Source: Basidiobolus meristosporus CBS 931.73
Taxonomy: Eukaryota; Fungi; Basidiobolomycota
Direction of reading: 5' to 3'
NCBI GenBank assembly: GCA_002104905.1
Contig: MCFE01000218.1
Span: forward strand, 60,719 to 124,718
Length of the DNA stretch: 64,000 bases
The notes under the pieces were generated by a model. The model had not been told where the DNA came from, ran no database searches, and saw nothing but the letters and a program-made list of their open reading frames with translations. This document shows, one piece after another, positions 13,960 to 25,812 of the stretch. A program made the position numbers and the translations under genes. Within the stretch, counting starts at the first letter, position 1; every line of letters starts with the position of its first letter.

Positions 13960-14706
13960 TCATGCCTGCTTGTTTCTTCTTGCATTCTCTTGCCCAATGT
14001 CCTGGCTTTTTACAATAGTTGCTACAACCAGGTTTTCTTTAGTTTTGTTGTTTTCCCTTCTTTCTGAGTGCCTTTCTGAGCTGAATAAAGCATTATCTTT
14101 GATTTTCTCTGCTTGATCATTATGTCTGAGTTCTTCATGGAGAAGTCTTCCTTTGACATAGTCTAAAGTCAAGTTGTCTTCTCTGCTTTCAAAAGAAAGT
14201 ATAAGTGGCTCACACTTGTCTGGTAGGCTGCAAAGCAGACAGAGTATCTTTTCTTCATCATCTACACCAGCATTTAGACTGTAAAGTTTTTCTGCAAGTG
14301 TCTCCATTTTGGTAATGAATTGCAGCATGTCATCATCTGGCTTCTTCCTCATGTTGAAGAACTTTTGTTTCAAATAAAGCTTGCTTGATACAGACTTTGC
14401 CCTAAAGATCTTCTCTAAGGAATCCCATGCTGCTTTGGCAGTACTTGAGGCATGGATTTGTCCAACAAAGGAATCTTGCACATTGATACATATGGCATTA
14501 AAGGCCTTTCTCTCCTTCTCTTGATACTTCTCCACTTCTTCTGCTGTTCCTTTGGGCTCAACTTCTTTACCTGTTACTATATTCCAAAGCTTCCTTTCCT
14601 CCAGGTGGATCTGCATCTTGATTCTCCAAAGTCTGTGGTTCTTTCCATCAAATCTCTCCTTTACAGGGAAGATGTTTGTGTTGTTCTGTTTGCTGGTAGA
14701 AGTCAT
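13960..14706 (-). CDS. Copia gag (UBN2/Retrotran_gag_2-like) open ORF, 248 aa
   Basis: FDGKNHRLWRIKMQIHLEERKLWNIVTG...STAKAAWDSLEKIF...LYLKQKFFNM...ILCLLCSLPDK...LTLDYVKGRLL; starts just after the PBS. Confidence 0.8.
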   Translation of the reverse strand: MTSTSKQNNTNIFPVKERFDGKNHRLWRIKMQIHLEERKLWNIVTGKEVEPKGTAEEVEKYQEKERKAFNAICINVQDSFVGQIHASSTAKAAWDSLEKIFRAKSVSSKLYLKQKFFNMRKKPDDDMLQFITKMETLAEKLYSLNAGVDDEEKILCLLCSLPDKCEPLILSFESREDNLTLDYVKGRLLHEELRHNDQAEKIKDNALFSSERHSERRENNKTKENLVVATIVKSQDIGQENARRNKQA

Positions 14707-15881
14707 CTTTAAAATAGATTAAGGCAATTGGGGCTCATAACCTGTTGCAATTTAAGAAGTGATTTGGATATTAGGAACCAATCAAGAAATAGTGATAATA
14801 GCTGAACTGTTATTTATTCATAAAGAGGAAATGTATTTATACCTATGTAGAAGTAATACAGCTGTAACACTCAGTACAGAGGGTTTCTCAATATTCAGGA
14901 GCATTCTGTAACAGTTTCAGGATTAGTACATAATGTTTGGTAATAGTGCTTATTTGATCCTGACTATAGGGGTATATTCATAAGATCATATATCTGGAGA
15001 AAGTGGCAAAGTTAAGGCAGTAAATGAGTCCTACAGTGACTAAGACTAGTTTAGAATTGTTAAGTAAATTTTTAGCTGCTGAATGATACCAAGTAGTCCA
15101 ATGTTTCAACAGTTTCTTCCTCATATTGAAGAACTTTTGTTTTACAGAGAGCTTGCTTGATACTGACCATGCTCTAAAGATCTTCTCTAAGGATCTCCAT
15201 GATGCCTTGGTAGTATTTGAAGCATGCATCTGTTCAATGAAGGAATCTTGCACATTGATGCATAAAGTATCAAAGGCCTTTCTTTCCTTCTCTTGCCACT
15301 TCTACACTTCTTTTCTGTTCCTTTGGGCTCAACTTCTTTTCCTGTTACTATATTCCAAAGCTTTCTTTCCTCAAAGTGGATCTGCATCTTGATTCTCCAA
15401 AGTCTGTAGTTCTTTCAATTAAAACTCTCCTTTACCAGGAAGAATTTTGTATTGTACTATTTGCTGGTAGAAGTCATCTTTAGAATAGGTTATGGTAATT
15501 GAGGTTTATAACCTGTTGCAATTAAGAAGTGATTTAGATATTAGGAACTGATCAAGATATAGTGATAATAGTTGAACTGTTATTTATTCATAAAGAGGAA
15601 ATGTATTTACACCTATGTATAAGTAATACAGCTGTAACACTATGTAGGGAGGGTTTGTTAACATTCAGGAGCAAACTGTAACAGTTTCAGGATTAGTGCA
15701 AAATGTTTGGTAAAAAGTGCTTATTTGATCTTCACTATAGGGGAATAATGATAAGATTGTAAATGTGAAGAAACTGGCAAAGTTGGGCTGCAGATAAGTC
15801 CTACAGTGACAAAGACTAGTCTAGAATTGCTAAGTAAATTTTGAACTGCTGAGTGATACCAAATAGTCCAATATTTCAACA

Positions 15882-18260
15882 ACTTGCAAAGCTACCATAT
15901 ACCATGTATCACTGATAACGCATGTATCTTGCAAACATATGTCTGGTTGCTGTCACTTTTTCCATAAATACCTCATGAATATCTGCAAAGAACTCATTGG
16001 TACTTAGCCAATATGGTGCTTTTCCTTGCTGGATTCTAGTCCCCCTTATGGGCGCACTCTGACTCTTGTTTGTGTGAATTCTGTATAGAATGGCTCAGAA
16101 ATTGGCATATTAGCAAGAGAAATCTGGTATACTTTGATAGAGTTTTCCTAATAAAAGTCAGTTGCTTGTTGCACCCAGCCCAACTTGGCATCACTTAATT
16201 GATTACCTATGATTTGGGGCTGCTTAGCTTCTTAATACCAAAGGCATAGGTGTCTCCATCTGTGCATTTGTCATCAATATTTTCCAACTTTTCCTGACTG
16301 TCCTCCATGTGCCAACTCATCTCATCTATGAAGGACTTGAAGGTAATATTCTTGATGAGATTGGGATATTAGCTCCTGCAACTTAACTTGTCTTCCTATC
16401 TCCTCACTCATCTGCTCCATCAGAAGCTCACAAAAGCTGAAGCAAGGCCCAATATTCTCCACATACCAAGCAACATGAAGTAGAGAATGAATACTGTTGT
16501 GACAGGGATCTATATGTTCAGCTTTATGTTTGCAGTATAGCTGCTCATTATCTGTGAGAAACTCTTTGCACAATAGGTGTAAGTTGATCAACATGGCATT
16601 GGTGATTTGCTTATACATAAGTTCTCCTAAATTGTCTACATATTACTCCTAATGCTTCCAATGCACTCTTTGTAGTAATGATCTCAGAATACCAATTGAA
16701 TTAACAGATTTTAGTTCATTCAGTCCTTGCATTTGTATTGTTGCATATGCATATGAATGTTGATTGGAGCCTGTGAGTTGTACTTTTGGTGGCAGATACC
16801 CTCTAATATCATGCCAATTCTTTTATGTTTCTCTAGTATCTTCAAGGGCTCATTTAGCTTGAAATGCCCCATGTACAACTTGGTCATCAGTAGAGGAATA
16901 TTGTCAAAAAACAAATGCATTGATCCCAGTGGAAAGCTTTTGCTCCAATAGATATGCTCTATCTTTAATATCTGCAGTTTCCAATTAATTCCATATATTG
17001 GCTGATGGCTTATGGCTTGCCAACTTTGCTGCAATTGCATGCTGACTTCTGTATATTTTCTCTGCAGGAAGATGATGCTCTTAGTATTGGGGTATGGATA
17101 ATAAAAAAGTGTATGACTTATGGAGTAAGTGCCCTGGATCTCACACATTAAACAGCAATACCACCCATTATGCCCAGAAATGCCAGCTATCTTGCTGATG
17201 GTTGAGGTATCTCCAATGCAGATAATAACATGTGCTTTGATATGATGGCCACTTGCTGTTATCTGTAGAAAGCATACAAATTTCATCCAGCAATGGATAC
17301 AGGAAGCTGTCCATGTTGGATGGTGATTTAGGCCCAGCTACCAGTGAGACTACCATAAGATTTCTGGTCTGATATCATCAGATGGGCGGAAAATTTAGGC
17401 TGATGAGAATCAGTTGCCAGCTGGAATTGCCAGCAAAGCACTTGTCAACTGAGAATCCATCAAGTGCCAAGGCAAAGGCATGGTCATAGATACCTTCAAT
17501 AGTAGCCTATGCATCTATGCTGCTTGTATTATTTGCCATTAAATATATAGGATATGCTCACACTTGATTGATACTGTGTACAATACTTTATAGCTTCACA
17601 ATGTTGTTGCAACTGCAGGAGCTTCTTTAGATAGGGTATTACCAGAAAATATTTGGAGTGTGAGCAATGTTTTCCCTCAATGGTGTTGGATTCCTGACAA
17701 GTTGAACACCTTGCAATGGTGGCATTTTCTGATGTGAATGCCATGCAACTCTTAACACATGCTGGTACCCAGATGGTCTCTGGCTTGTAAATTGCCTGCT
17801 GCATGAGGGTTTTCAATTTGAACCATTTGCACAGTATGTTGCTTCCCAGGATGATCTTGGCAAGAAGTAGTAGTAAATCATCAAAGCCCCCATAGTTGAT
17901 ATTAGTAGAAGCCTGCCACTTCACTAGCCACAATATCACATCATTGACCAGTAGATGGATTCTGGGGTCACTTGACTTCATGAAGTATCCTTGGCATTTT
18001 TTTCACAGGTGCTGTCTCATTGCATATTGGGATTTTGCCAGGCTCATGCAAGGTACTCTTGTCAGCAGAGATATGCTCAAAATCTGTCAGTGAGCCTTCT
18101 TCAGAACTATCACTCTGCATGCCATTTTCATAAGACTGAGGTGAGCCTAAAGGCATTAGGCACTCATCTGACTCAGCATGTGCAAGGTGACCAGTACTGC
18201 CAGGTGCTGTTATATTATTATCAACTAGTTGGCAAGATACTGTTGGTAAAGCAGTGACTG
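15882..18260 (-). pseudogene. CACTA/EnSpm-like (Transposase_21-type) transposase relic
   Basis: VVSLVAGPKSPSNMDSFLYPLLDEI; HVIICIGDTSTISKIAGISGHNGWYCCLMCEIQG; HSLLHVAWYVENIGPCFSFCELLMEQM; multiple stops and frameshifts. Confidence 0.8.
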
Positions 18261-18299
18261 AGGGATGGTCAAATATGACTTGTGTGGCAAAATACCGGT

Positions 18300-19202
18300 C
18301 ATGATCCTTGTGATACTTCCTATGCCATCTGAACTACCAATATATTACTAATCATCTGCTACTTCAAGTACTTCTCACAGACTCCAATTAATATTCATAA
18401 GCATATGCAATCATACAAATCCAAGTACTAGGTAAGCTGGATATGTATTTATTCAAGTGGCCTTTTGGAGCTATTTTGTTTCAGAGTACATTGAAATTAC
18501 ATGGAGTCATGTGTAGACTCTTAAGAATTTTTATCTGGAAGTAGATCATCAATGTCAACTTGATATTCATAGCTTCATGTAAGGAGCTTGGTGAGGATTT
18601 GAGTTGCTGTACTAAAACTTTAAAGCTGAAAACATAGATATCTGCCACTATGGTGTCCATTCTCCACTCAATCTTAATTGGTGTGTGAAAATACTGGATC
18701 TTGCATCACCCTTTGGAGTTTCCTATTGAGTGTATATGTGGGGAGATAGGAAGATCAGTCAGGTTGAAAGCACTACCATATTTCAATCTCATGAGTAATA
18801 TTAGCTCCAAGTCTATTATAGATTTGATCAGTTGACACTTGGAAGACAGCCAAGAAGAGTTGGTCAATACAGAGGACAGATGTGTATATGGTGACACCTA
18901 AGCTTTTGCCATTAAGAAGCTAGCTAGCCTTAGTGTATGGGTAATCAGTTAAGTAATGGAGAGTTGGGTTGGATGAAACAAGGTACTGACTTCTGTTAAG
19001 AAAACTCTATCAGAGTATGCTAAATTTCTCATGCTGACAGACCATTTTCTACACCATATAATACAAATTCTTACAAACAAGAAATAGTTTACCTCTAAGA
19101 GTACTAGAATACAGCTGGGAGAAGGAATATATTGACAAAGTATCAAAATGTATTTTGTGGATATTCATGGGGTAGTTATGGCAAAAGTAGTAGCAACCAA
19201 GT
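18300..19202 (+). pseudogene. CACTA/EnSpm-like transposase relic, host of the Harbinger-type insertion (continues at 22600-22750)
   Basis: DNA homologous to 6860-8100; removing 19203-22599 and one AGT restores ACCAAGTATATGTTTGCAAG, as seen at about 8043-8062. Confidence 0.72.
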
Positions 19203-19365
19203 AGACTTGTTCTGTTGGATAGTGCCACATAGTGCCAGCCTGTTTATGGTGCCAGATTGATCTGGCACTATAGTTTCTACCATGGTGCCTGTGGTATGAT
19301 ACAGTTACTGGTAATTTTACTCAATCTTACTTATGTTGCTCAAAATAGTGCTTTCCTTGCTTTAT

Positions 19366-20250
19366 TTACTCTTCATAATGCTCCAGACACATTTCTCTCA
19401 GTGGATGTCTTCTTGTATGAACATACTGTGCATTAATAAGTATCTTAACTATTTTACCTATTCTGCTGTTTTCACCTATATATGACTTTCCTCTGTATTT
19501 ACCTGCCAATATGCTGAATCTCTTCAGATATCCAAATGTGTGCTCTACCCTTACTCTGAAATGATTAAATATCTCATTGTGGAGCTTCTGCTTCCTGCTA
19601 AGTACACCATTCCTTGGCTTCCTATAAGCTGTAATACATTCTAATCTCTGACAATCCTCTCCTATATAAGCTAAGTCTGCCATACATTTCTCCCCTCTAC
19701 TGAATTCAGGATGATTCTCTACCCAGAGTGCTTTGTCATGCCTACTTCCAGTAAATGGCCCACTAAACCAGATGATGTTACCCTCAATGTCAGACAGTGC
19801 TTGAAACTTCACACAGTGTGCCTTGTACTTGCCAGAATAAAAGTGCCTTTGCCCTCTAGAAGGTCTGTCAATCCTCACTGGGAAGGTATCCAAAATACTC
19901 CTGATATGGAACCTGTTGCTGAACACTCTGGGATATGGAAGTCTATTGGAGCTTCTGAACCTAGTATTCCAAGCTTGCTCTAAGTCATTCATACCCTCAG
20001 CAAGGTGGTTCTCCATTGCTTTCAGCTGGGAATGAAAGCTTCTAGGACTTTTGTTGCCATGGATGGTGGGATGAAACCTTGTAGGGCAATAGTTCTTGTA
20101 ATAGCAGAGAAGCTTGACAAGGGATCTCCTTGAGTAGATTGGGGTTGATGGTCCACAGTACTTGGAATAGATCTCCTCTAGTGTGTCAAAAGGAAATCCA
20201 GTGGTAGTGATGGGATTGATGAGAAAAGACCATTCAGAGGAGTAAGTCAT
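19366..20250 (-). CDS. DDE transposase (DDE_Tnp_4 / Harbinger-IS5-like), 294 aa
   Basis: ILDTFPV (D), YSGKYKAHCVKFQALSD, GSRHDKALW, MADLAY (D), RVRVEHTFGYLK (E); no stops. Confidence 0.92.
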   Translation of the reverse strand: MTYSSEWSFLINPITTTGFPFDTLEEIYSKYCGPSTPIYSRRSLVKLLCYYKNYCPTRFHPTIHGNKSPRSFHSQLKAMENHLAEGMNDLEQAWNTRFRSSNRLPYPRVFSNRFHIRSILDTFPVRIDRPSRGQRHFYSGKYKAHCVKFQALSDIEGNIIWFSGPFTGSRHDKALWVENHPEFSRGEKCMADLAYIGEDCQRLECITAYRKPRNGVLSRKQKLHNEIFNHFRVRVEHTFGYLKRFSILAGKYRGKSYIGENSRIGKIVKILINAQYVHTRRHPLREMCLEHYEE

Positions 20251-20609
20251 ATTAAAATTGGTGGATGATCGTATAAAGGCGGTTTGAATTGATTTGGCGC
20301 AATCTGCCTTATTTATCTGATTTTTATTACATTATGGTTTAATCTCCATCAGTTGCCATGTATCCCATCATTATGTCGCAAAAATCATCCGCAAACAATG
20401 CCTTGGTACTTTTATTGATGCTTTAATCATAGGTCTATAATCAAATAGGAAATCTGCAATTGATGTGATCTGATCCGTGTCAACATGATCCAAGATGCAT
20501 CATGCATAATATATGGAAAATTCAACAATCACATTAGTTTTCATATATATTTCATATAAGACCAGGTTGATGCCAATATACTGCTGTATAAGTATCCAAA
20601 TCCGTTGCT

Positions 20610-21857
20610 ATGGTCCCCATACCAAGCCTCAACTCATCTTTAGTACAGCCCAGACAAAACCCATTCCCCAGCTCACAAGCACGGTCCGGACCGGAAAAGT
20701 CAATGTTGGATCCGTTTGAGTTCTTGCCAAATGATTTTAGTATGGCCCAAGTGTCTATGATGAGCCTTCATACAGATATTTGGGCACTACTGATTAATCT
20801 TGCAGAACTAGATACCTCAGAGAGTCAACAAAGATGGAAGAATTTGAGTAGAAAGCTGTGGCATGAGTTCTACATCAAGATGCCAGCCAATGTATGTAAA
20901 AAGATATATAACAAGACAAGTATTGAAATCAAGAATGAGCTGAGAGTGAGGGGATTTGACAAAGAAGCCACGCGGGAGCAATTTTGCGCACAATTTGCAC
21001 AGTACAGGCCGGAAGCGTCTGTTTGTGCCTCAACTTTGGGAACCAAAGAGATTTTGAATGAGTTTTTGCCTCAAATGACTAATGTACTACGTGATATATT
21101 AGTAGAGCTAAGTGGCTTCCGAGAGCAATATACACAGGACTCATCCAGGCAACAGCTCCAAAGTATCAGACAGAGGGTAAGTGAATACCTTGAGGAATCA
21201 GATGGTGAGCTTCAGGAGGAAGAATACAGACCGCAAGCAACATCATCCAGATTGCGCCAGCACACCTTGCTGGATTCCCTACCATCTCTTGCAATCACAG
21301 CGCGCCGGCACATGTCAGTCCAGAGTACGCCAACACCCTTTACCAGAACGCCCCGCATTGAGTCAACGCACGTCAGGTCAACGCACATGCTTCAGAGCAA
21401 AACTACAAGAACTTGCCAAACTGCTCATTTAGACACAAGTCCATTGGAGCGGACCAAGTTGCGTCAACTTGCAGCATCACATCAAACTCCGCCAAGGGCC
21501 ATATCAACACATCAAGGCACGCCTGCGCGTGCCGTTTTGCCTGACCATCAGCAAGTTACTTCTGGTGAACTGACTAATGATGACCAACATGAAGTGCCTC
21601 AACCACTGGAGCCCTTGGCAGGTAAAAGAACGCGTCAGCACGTGGCACTACAGGCCGCTTCAGTTGGTTCAGTCGGAGCAATTCAGCGCGGCCAAGCTGT
21701 AGCATTGCACTCATCAACTAGGAGGCAAAATACTGACTACAAATACACAAGTAGCCAAGATGATAGTCAGCCAGGAAGTAGTATAGTTGTGCAAAGTGAG
21801 TCACTACCAAATGCTTCAGTAGTAATTCCTGTGAGAAAAAAACCCAGGAGAAGATGA
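20610..21857 (+). CDS. Second ORF of the Harbinger-type element; putative Myb/SANT-like DNA-binding protein with a disordered C-terminus, 415 aa
   Basis: Long open ORF inside the TIRs, divergent from the transposase. RWKNLSRKLWHEFYIKMPANVCKKIYN resembles the trihelix/Myb-SANT helix pattern; ends in NLS-like RKKPRRR. Confidence 0.7.
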   Translation: MVPIPSLNSSLVQPRQNPFPSSQARSGPEKSMLDPFEFLPNDFSMAQVSMMSLHTDIWALLINLAELDTSESQQRWKNLSRKLWHEFYIKMPANVCKKIYNKTSIEIKNELRVRGFDKEATREQFCAQFAQYRPEASVCASTLGTKEILNEFLPQMTNVLRDILVELSGFREQYTQDSSRQQLQSIRQRVSEYLEESDGELQEEEYRPQATSSRLRQHTLLDSLPSLAITARRHMSVQSTPTPFTRTPRIESTHVRSTHMLQSKTTRTCQTAHLDTSPLERTKLRQLAASHQTPPRAISTHQGTPARAVLPDHQQVTSGELTNDDQHEVPQPLEPLAGKRTRQHVALQAASVGSVGAIQRGQAVALHSSTRRQNTDYKYTSSQDDSQPGSSIVVQSESLPNASVVIPVRKKPRRR

Positions 21858-22899
21858 TGCAATTGCTTTGAATTGCTCACATTTGTAATGATCCCAACAA
21901 CCCTTTTTTTTGCAATCCAAATCAAGCCATTGCAAATCAGTGATCATCAAATTTTTGATATAAGAAATATCAAGGTCATCTCACATTTGAGACAGAACCC
22001 CTATAAATAAACACCCTGCATATATATACATCATCTGTAATACCAGTGCAGCTATTGGATCTGTTTTGCACCTACATGATTGCTTGCGTGCTGGCTATGA
22101 CACCTTGTCCAATCACTAGGATCAGGGATTTACTTGCTCAATGAGCAAAATAGGATATTTGATGGCGAATCAGGTAGCTTTTTTAGTAGTCAATGAGCCA
22201 ATTGGGGGCTGCCAGCTTCAGGATACTTTTGGACCAATTAACCACTGAGATACCGTCCAATTGGAGTGAGGGTAACCAAAATGGTAAGTATTAGTGTAGT
22301 TTATAGTGTGATACACATTTATTTCCATTTACATTAAAGAAACATATCCAAATACTGGATTTTACCTGCCATAATGGCGGTATCCGATTGCGCACGTGAT
22401 GCAAACATTACAAGTTGGCGCGATCATCCGTTCCAACCTCATTGTGTCAGATTGAGCCATAGTGTGCAAGATCGTCCGGCATAGTGCAAAATCATCCAAG
22501 AACGATCCTTCCTTCTGGTAGCTATAATATCGCACCCAATTGTTTTTTACAACTGCGGATCATGCCGCACACCCTGGCACGGAACGATGGAACAAGTCTA
22601 GTATATGTTTGCAAGATATATATGCTGCTACCAATACAAGGTGTATGGCACCACTGCAGGTTTAATGCTGAAAAGCTGTAGAGCTGGGGTGACTCAAGTG
22701 TGTCAAATACAGCAGCTGTGCACATATTAAGAGGTTAGTAGGCTGGCAGCCATTGTTGTTTTTATTCAAACTATATGTGGAATACTTATGTAGTGGTTGG
22801 TAAGCCAACATATTGGGGTAATTCTAAAATGCAATATATAGATAGCATAAGGGCACAAAGCAAAAGGACATACCATTTGGTAAATTGGCATAGTAGCAT

Positions 22900-23900
22900 T
22901 ATGCAGTACTAGCTGTAGACTGCCATACTACTATTTTGCAACCAACAGATGTTCACATCACAGCTATTGAGCATTTGTCAGGTTTTCCATACCTGACATC
23001 TACATGCACTGGCTGGTTGGGTCTACCCAAATAAGTATAGGCAGCAATGAGTCTATCAGAATGCAATTCACATCCTGTCAAAAGACCCCCAAAACACTAT
23101 CCAGTCAGCTTTCCTATTTAGCACTAGAATCAGCAAAACACAGCTGTGACCCTGTCATAAGATTGTAAAGTGTATCAGTAATTCCAAGCTGCTGGCATTA
23201 CAATGGCCTTATCACAGCATCTTGATGGCTGATCCAGATTACATCCACCTGCAGCACCAAGTTTTTTTTGTAGAAGATATGTCCAAAGTTCCTGGGCCAA
23301 TGCAATGGTGTTTCTTCACTCAAGTTGCCTATATTTGCTTTGTGATATGATGGAATTTAGGTCATCTTGTATAGATTCTGATCTCTGATATCTGAAACAA
23401 TAGGGCCACTATTTAAATCATTGATCCTGCATTCAGAACTTTCAAAACTTAAACAGGGCTCATCTGCTGTGGCTTGCTACAGATTGTAGGTTCTTGGCTA
23501 TCTCTGGTACATGAAGTACATCTTTGAAGGTAGGTGTTTGGCTTCCTTCCCAGCTCCTGATGTTTACCTGAATACTTTCTTCTCCTACTGCATCAATTGT
23601 TCAATCTCCACACATGAGGGCCTACCTAAATGTGATTTCTTGATATTGGGTAAAATGTACTTGTTCAAGTGTAATGTGCTGAGATGCTCCAGAATCAATA
23701 TACCACATTTAAGAATGCTTGTTTGTGGTCATAGTCAGTGCTGATATATATTTTCTACTGTTAATTATTGCAGAATTTCCATATTTGTGCTTTTTTGGTG
23801 ATTATCTCTCCTATGAGGCACCAGTCTGATGTGTGTTCTTTGATTTTCACTAGTTGCAAAACATGTTGCTGTTGCCTTTGAAGGGTCTTGAGTACCACTT
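22900..23900 (-). pseudogene. Copia pol relic (protease, pre-integrase and RT fragments)
   Basis: DNA similarity to 30900-31520 (e.g. CCCAGCTCCTGATGTTTACCTGAATACTTTC); heavily decayed. Confidence 0.55.
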
Positions 23901-24049
23901 GTGTTGGTTATCATTGCTGATATATATTTCACTGTAGAATTACACTTCTATTTTCTTACCCTCTACTCCTATGAGTATTCTACATATAGCTTAAATCAAA
24001 TAGAACTATAGCCTTCTGATTACATGCCTCCACATACAGACACACCAGT

Positions 24050-24446
24050 TGCCATTGACAAGTATCTATTACCCAACCTTGCTTTATTTGACCATTAGCC
24101 CACTGTTGTGGCTACTTAGCTTCACAAGGCCCAAGGCATAAGAATCTAAAAATGCACATCTATACTTCAAATTTTTGAATTCTTCATGTCTGTCCTCCAT
24201 ATGCCAGCTCATTACATCCATGACATACTGGAAGGTAGATGATTACCAGTATTGGTATATGGTAATGCTTGCAATGTGGCTTGTCTTCCTATCTCCCTAT
24301 ACATATGCTTCATAGGAAGCTCCCAAAAGGCACAGTAAGGTCCAGTGCTCTCCACATACTAAGCAAGATGGAGTAGAGAATGGATACAGTAGTAGCAGAG
24401 ATCTTTGCATGCTACTTCATGCTTACAACACAGCTGCTCAGATATC
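24050..24446 (-). pseudogene. CACTA/EnSpm-like transposase relic
   Basis: Homologous to 16300-16620 (SEQLCCKHEVACKDLCYYCIHSLLH...ESTGP). Confidence 0.6.
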
Positions 24447-25812
24447 TGTTGTAATTATTGAATTGTCACCTAAATATTCATGCTAACTTAGTCACATAGA
24501 TCTTATTCTGTGATTAGCATTCTGTCCTGACTAGATTTCTTGTTGGGATTTACTTAGAATATTTTCACCAAATTGTCAGGTACCCAGATTATTATTTTTC
24601 TCAAAGTCATCCAAAAGACCCCAAACTTTGCACACATATTCTTGGGACCTTCCTTAACAAACTCTACATGTTTGTTTTCCTCTACTTTATCAAAAGTATA
24701 AATACCATACTTTTGATCAATATATCTACAAGTGAATAACATGTAAATCTTCTAGTTCTCCACATCACTTGCAATACCCCTCAGAATATTGCAACAGGTT
24801 ATGAGCCCTGAGCTTGCTGTCCTCTTGGTGTCTACTATGCTTTGGATCCTTTTCTGCTAGTCTGGAGAAAGACTTTCCGCACTATTGCTCTGCTAAGGTT
24901 AAAGAAGACTACCGCTGCTAAAGGACTATGTTTATGAGGATATTGCTGTGGAGTAGAAGGCCTTGCCTTCAAAAGATGCCTTCAGTAACTATCCAAGTTA
25001 GTTATGAAGAAGAGTCAATCAAACTGGCATGTAATTGTGTCAAGAAATATAGTATGTTGGTGCTCTACCACTACTGAAGAAAATTGCGTAAATCCAGCAA
25101 TTGAGGGTCCAGATCTACAATGAAATATACTGCAATATGTATTCATATGACCCCAATTGACTGTTAGATGAGCTCTTGGATAGGATATTATCCTGAATTG
25201 CAAAAAAAAAATATATATAGATCATTATTAAATGATTGCCGGAGGAGGATTTTACCAAAAATCTGTTGCCACTTAAAATACAGCTGAGAATGCAAATACT
25301 GGAGCTGTTAGCCGCCATTCTGGACTATCTACTGATGGAAAAAGATCTCAGAAACAAGCTTCCTGAATTGTAAGGATCCCAATGATATATAATACATATA
25401 TATCCACCTGGAGTACGGATATGTACTACACAATCCATTAGAAGAATGCTATAATTGTATCAAGTGTTTTGATACCAAAACCAGTGTACCAAGAGCTAAA
25501 TATGGAGCTGTTAGATGTGCTATCACTCTGTTTAAGTCTCAAAACAGTGGGAGAAAGTATTATACAAATTTAGCAAAACAACTCATGAAGATTCTACCGC
25601 CAGCCAAAGGAGTGAAGCATATAATTGCAAGCCTGATTGGAGTATACAACCAAGCAACAGTTGGTCAGTACACAGCTAAGAGCCACTCAGAAGATAACAT
25701 AGTACTTTATACTTGTTATATATATATCACTTATTACAGTGGGAGAAAACACTTGGTGATATTTAACTTCTCTGGATCAGATCAGAAGAATTTTGATTGA
25801 TCAAGTCACCGC

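Larger units (their letters stand above)
10373..15111 (-). mobile_element. Full-length Ty1/Copia element (inner copy), decayed
   Basis: LTRs 10373-10740 and 14743-15111; PBS GGTTATGAGCCC (14731-14742); PPT (revcomp of CTCCCCCTCAAC at 10741). Gag 13960-14706, integrase 13051-13362 (VHSDICSPM...SDNGGEY), RT 11566-12380, RT/RNase H 10735-11409 (GYSDSVWGRD...KQPTVALSTTEAKY). Degenerate TSD GCTAC/GTTTC. Confidence 0.92.
8500..15881 (-). mobile_element. Older Ty1/Copia element (outer copy), split in gag by a younger copy of the same family
   Basis: 5' LTR 15514-15881 with decayed PBS (GGTTATAAACCT), gag start 15112-15490, gag remainder 9950-10372, RT/RNase H 8600-9850, PPT at 8581-8592 and partial 3' LTR about 8500-8580. 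Confidence 0.8.
19203..22599. mobile_element. PIF/Harbinger-superfamily (PHIS, Pangu-like) DNA transposon, 3397 bp, two intact divergent ORFs
   Basis: TIRs AGACTTGTTC at 19203 and GAACAAGTCT ending at 22599, with further partial similarity (GTGCCA); 3-bp TSD AGT at 19200-19202 and 22600-22602; DDE_Tnp_4-type transposase plus a second ORF. Confidence 0.88.

Noticed and set aside
21880-22300. Possible third gene inside the Harbinger-type element (Cys-containing minus-strand fragments)
   Set aside because: Every frame is interrupted by stops and no consistent splice model was found.
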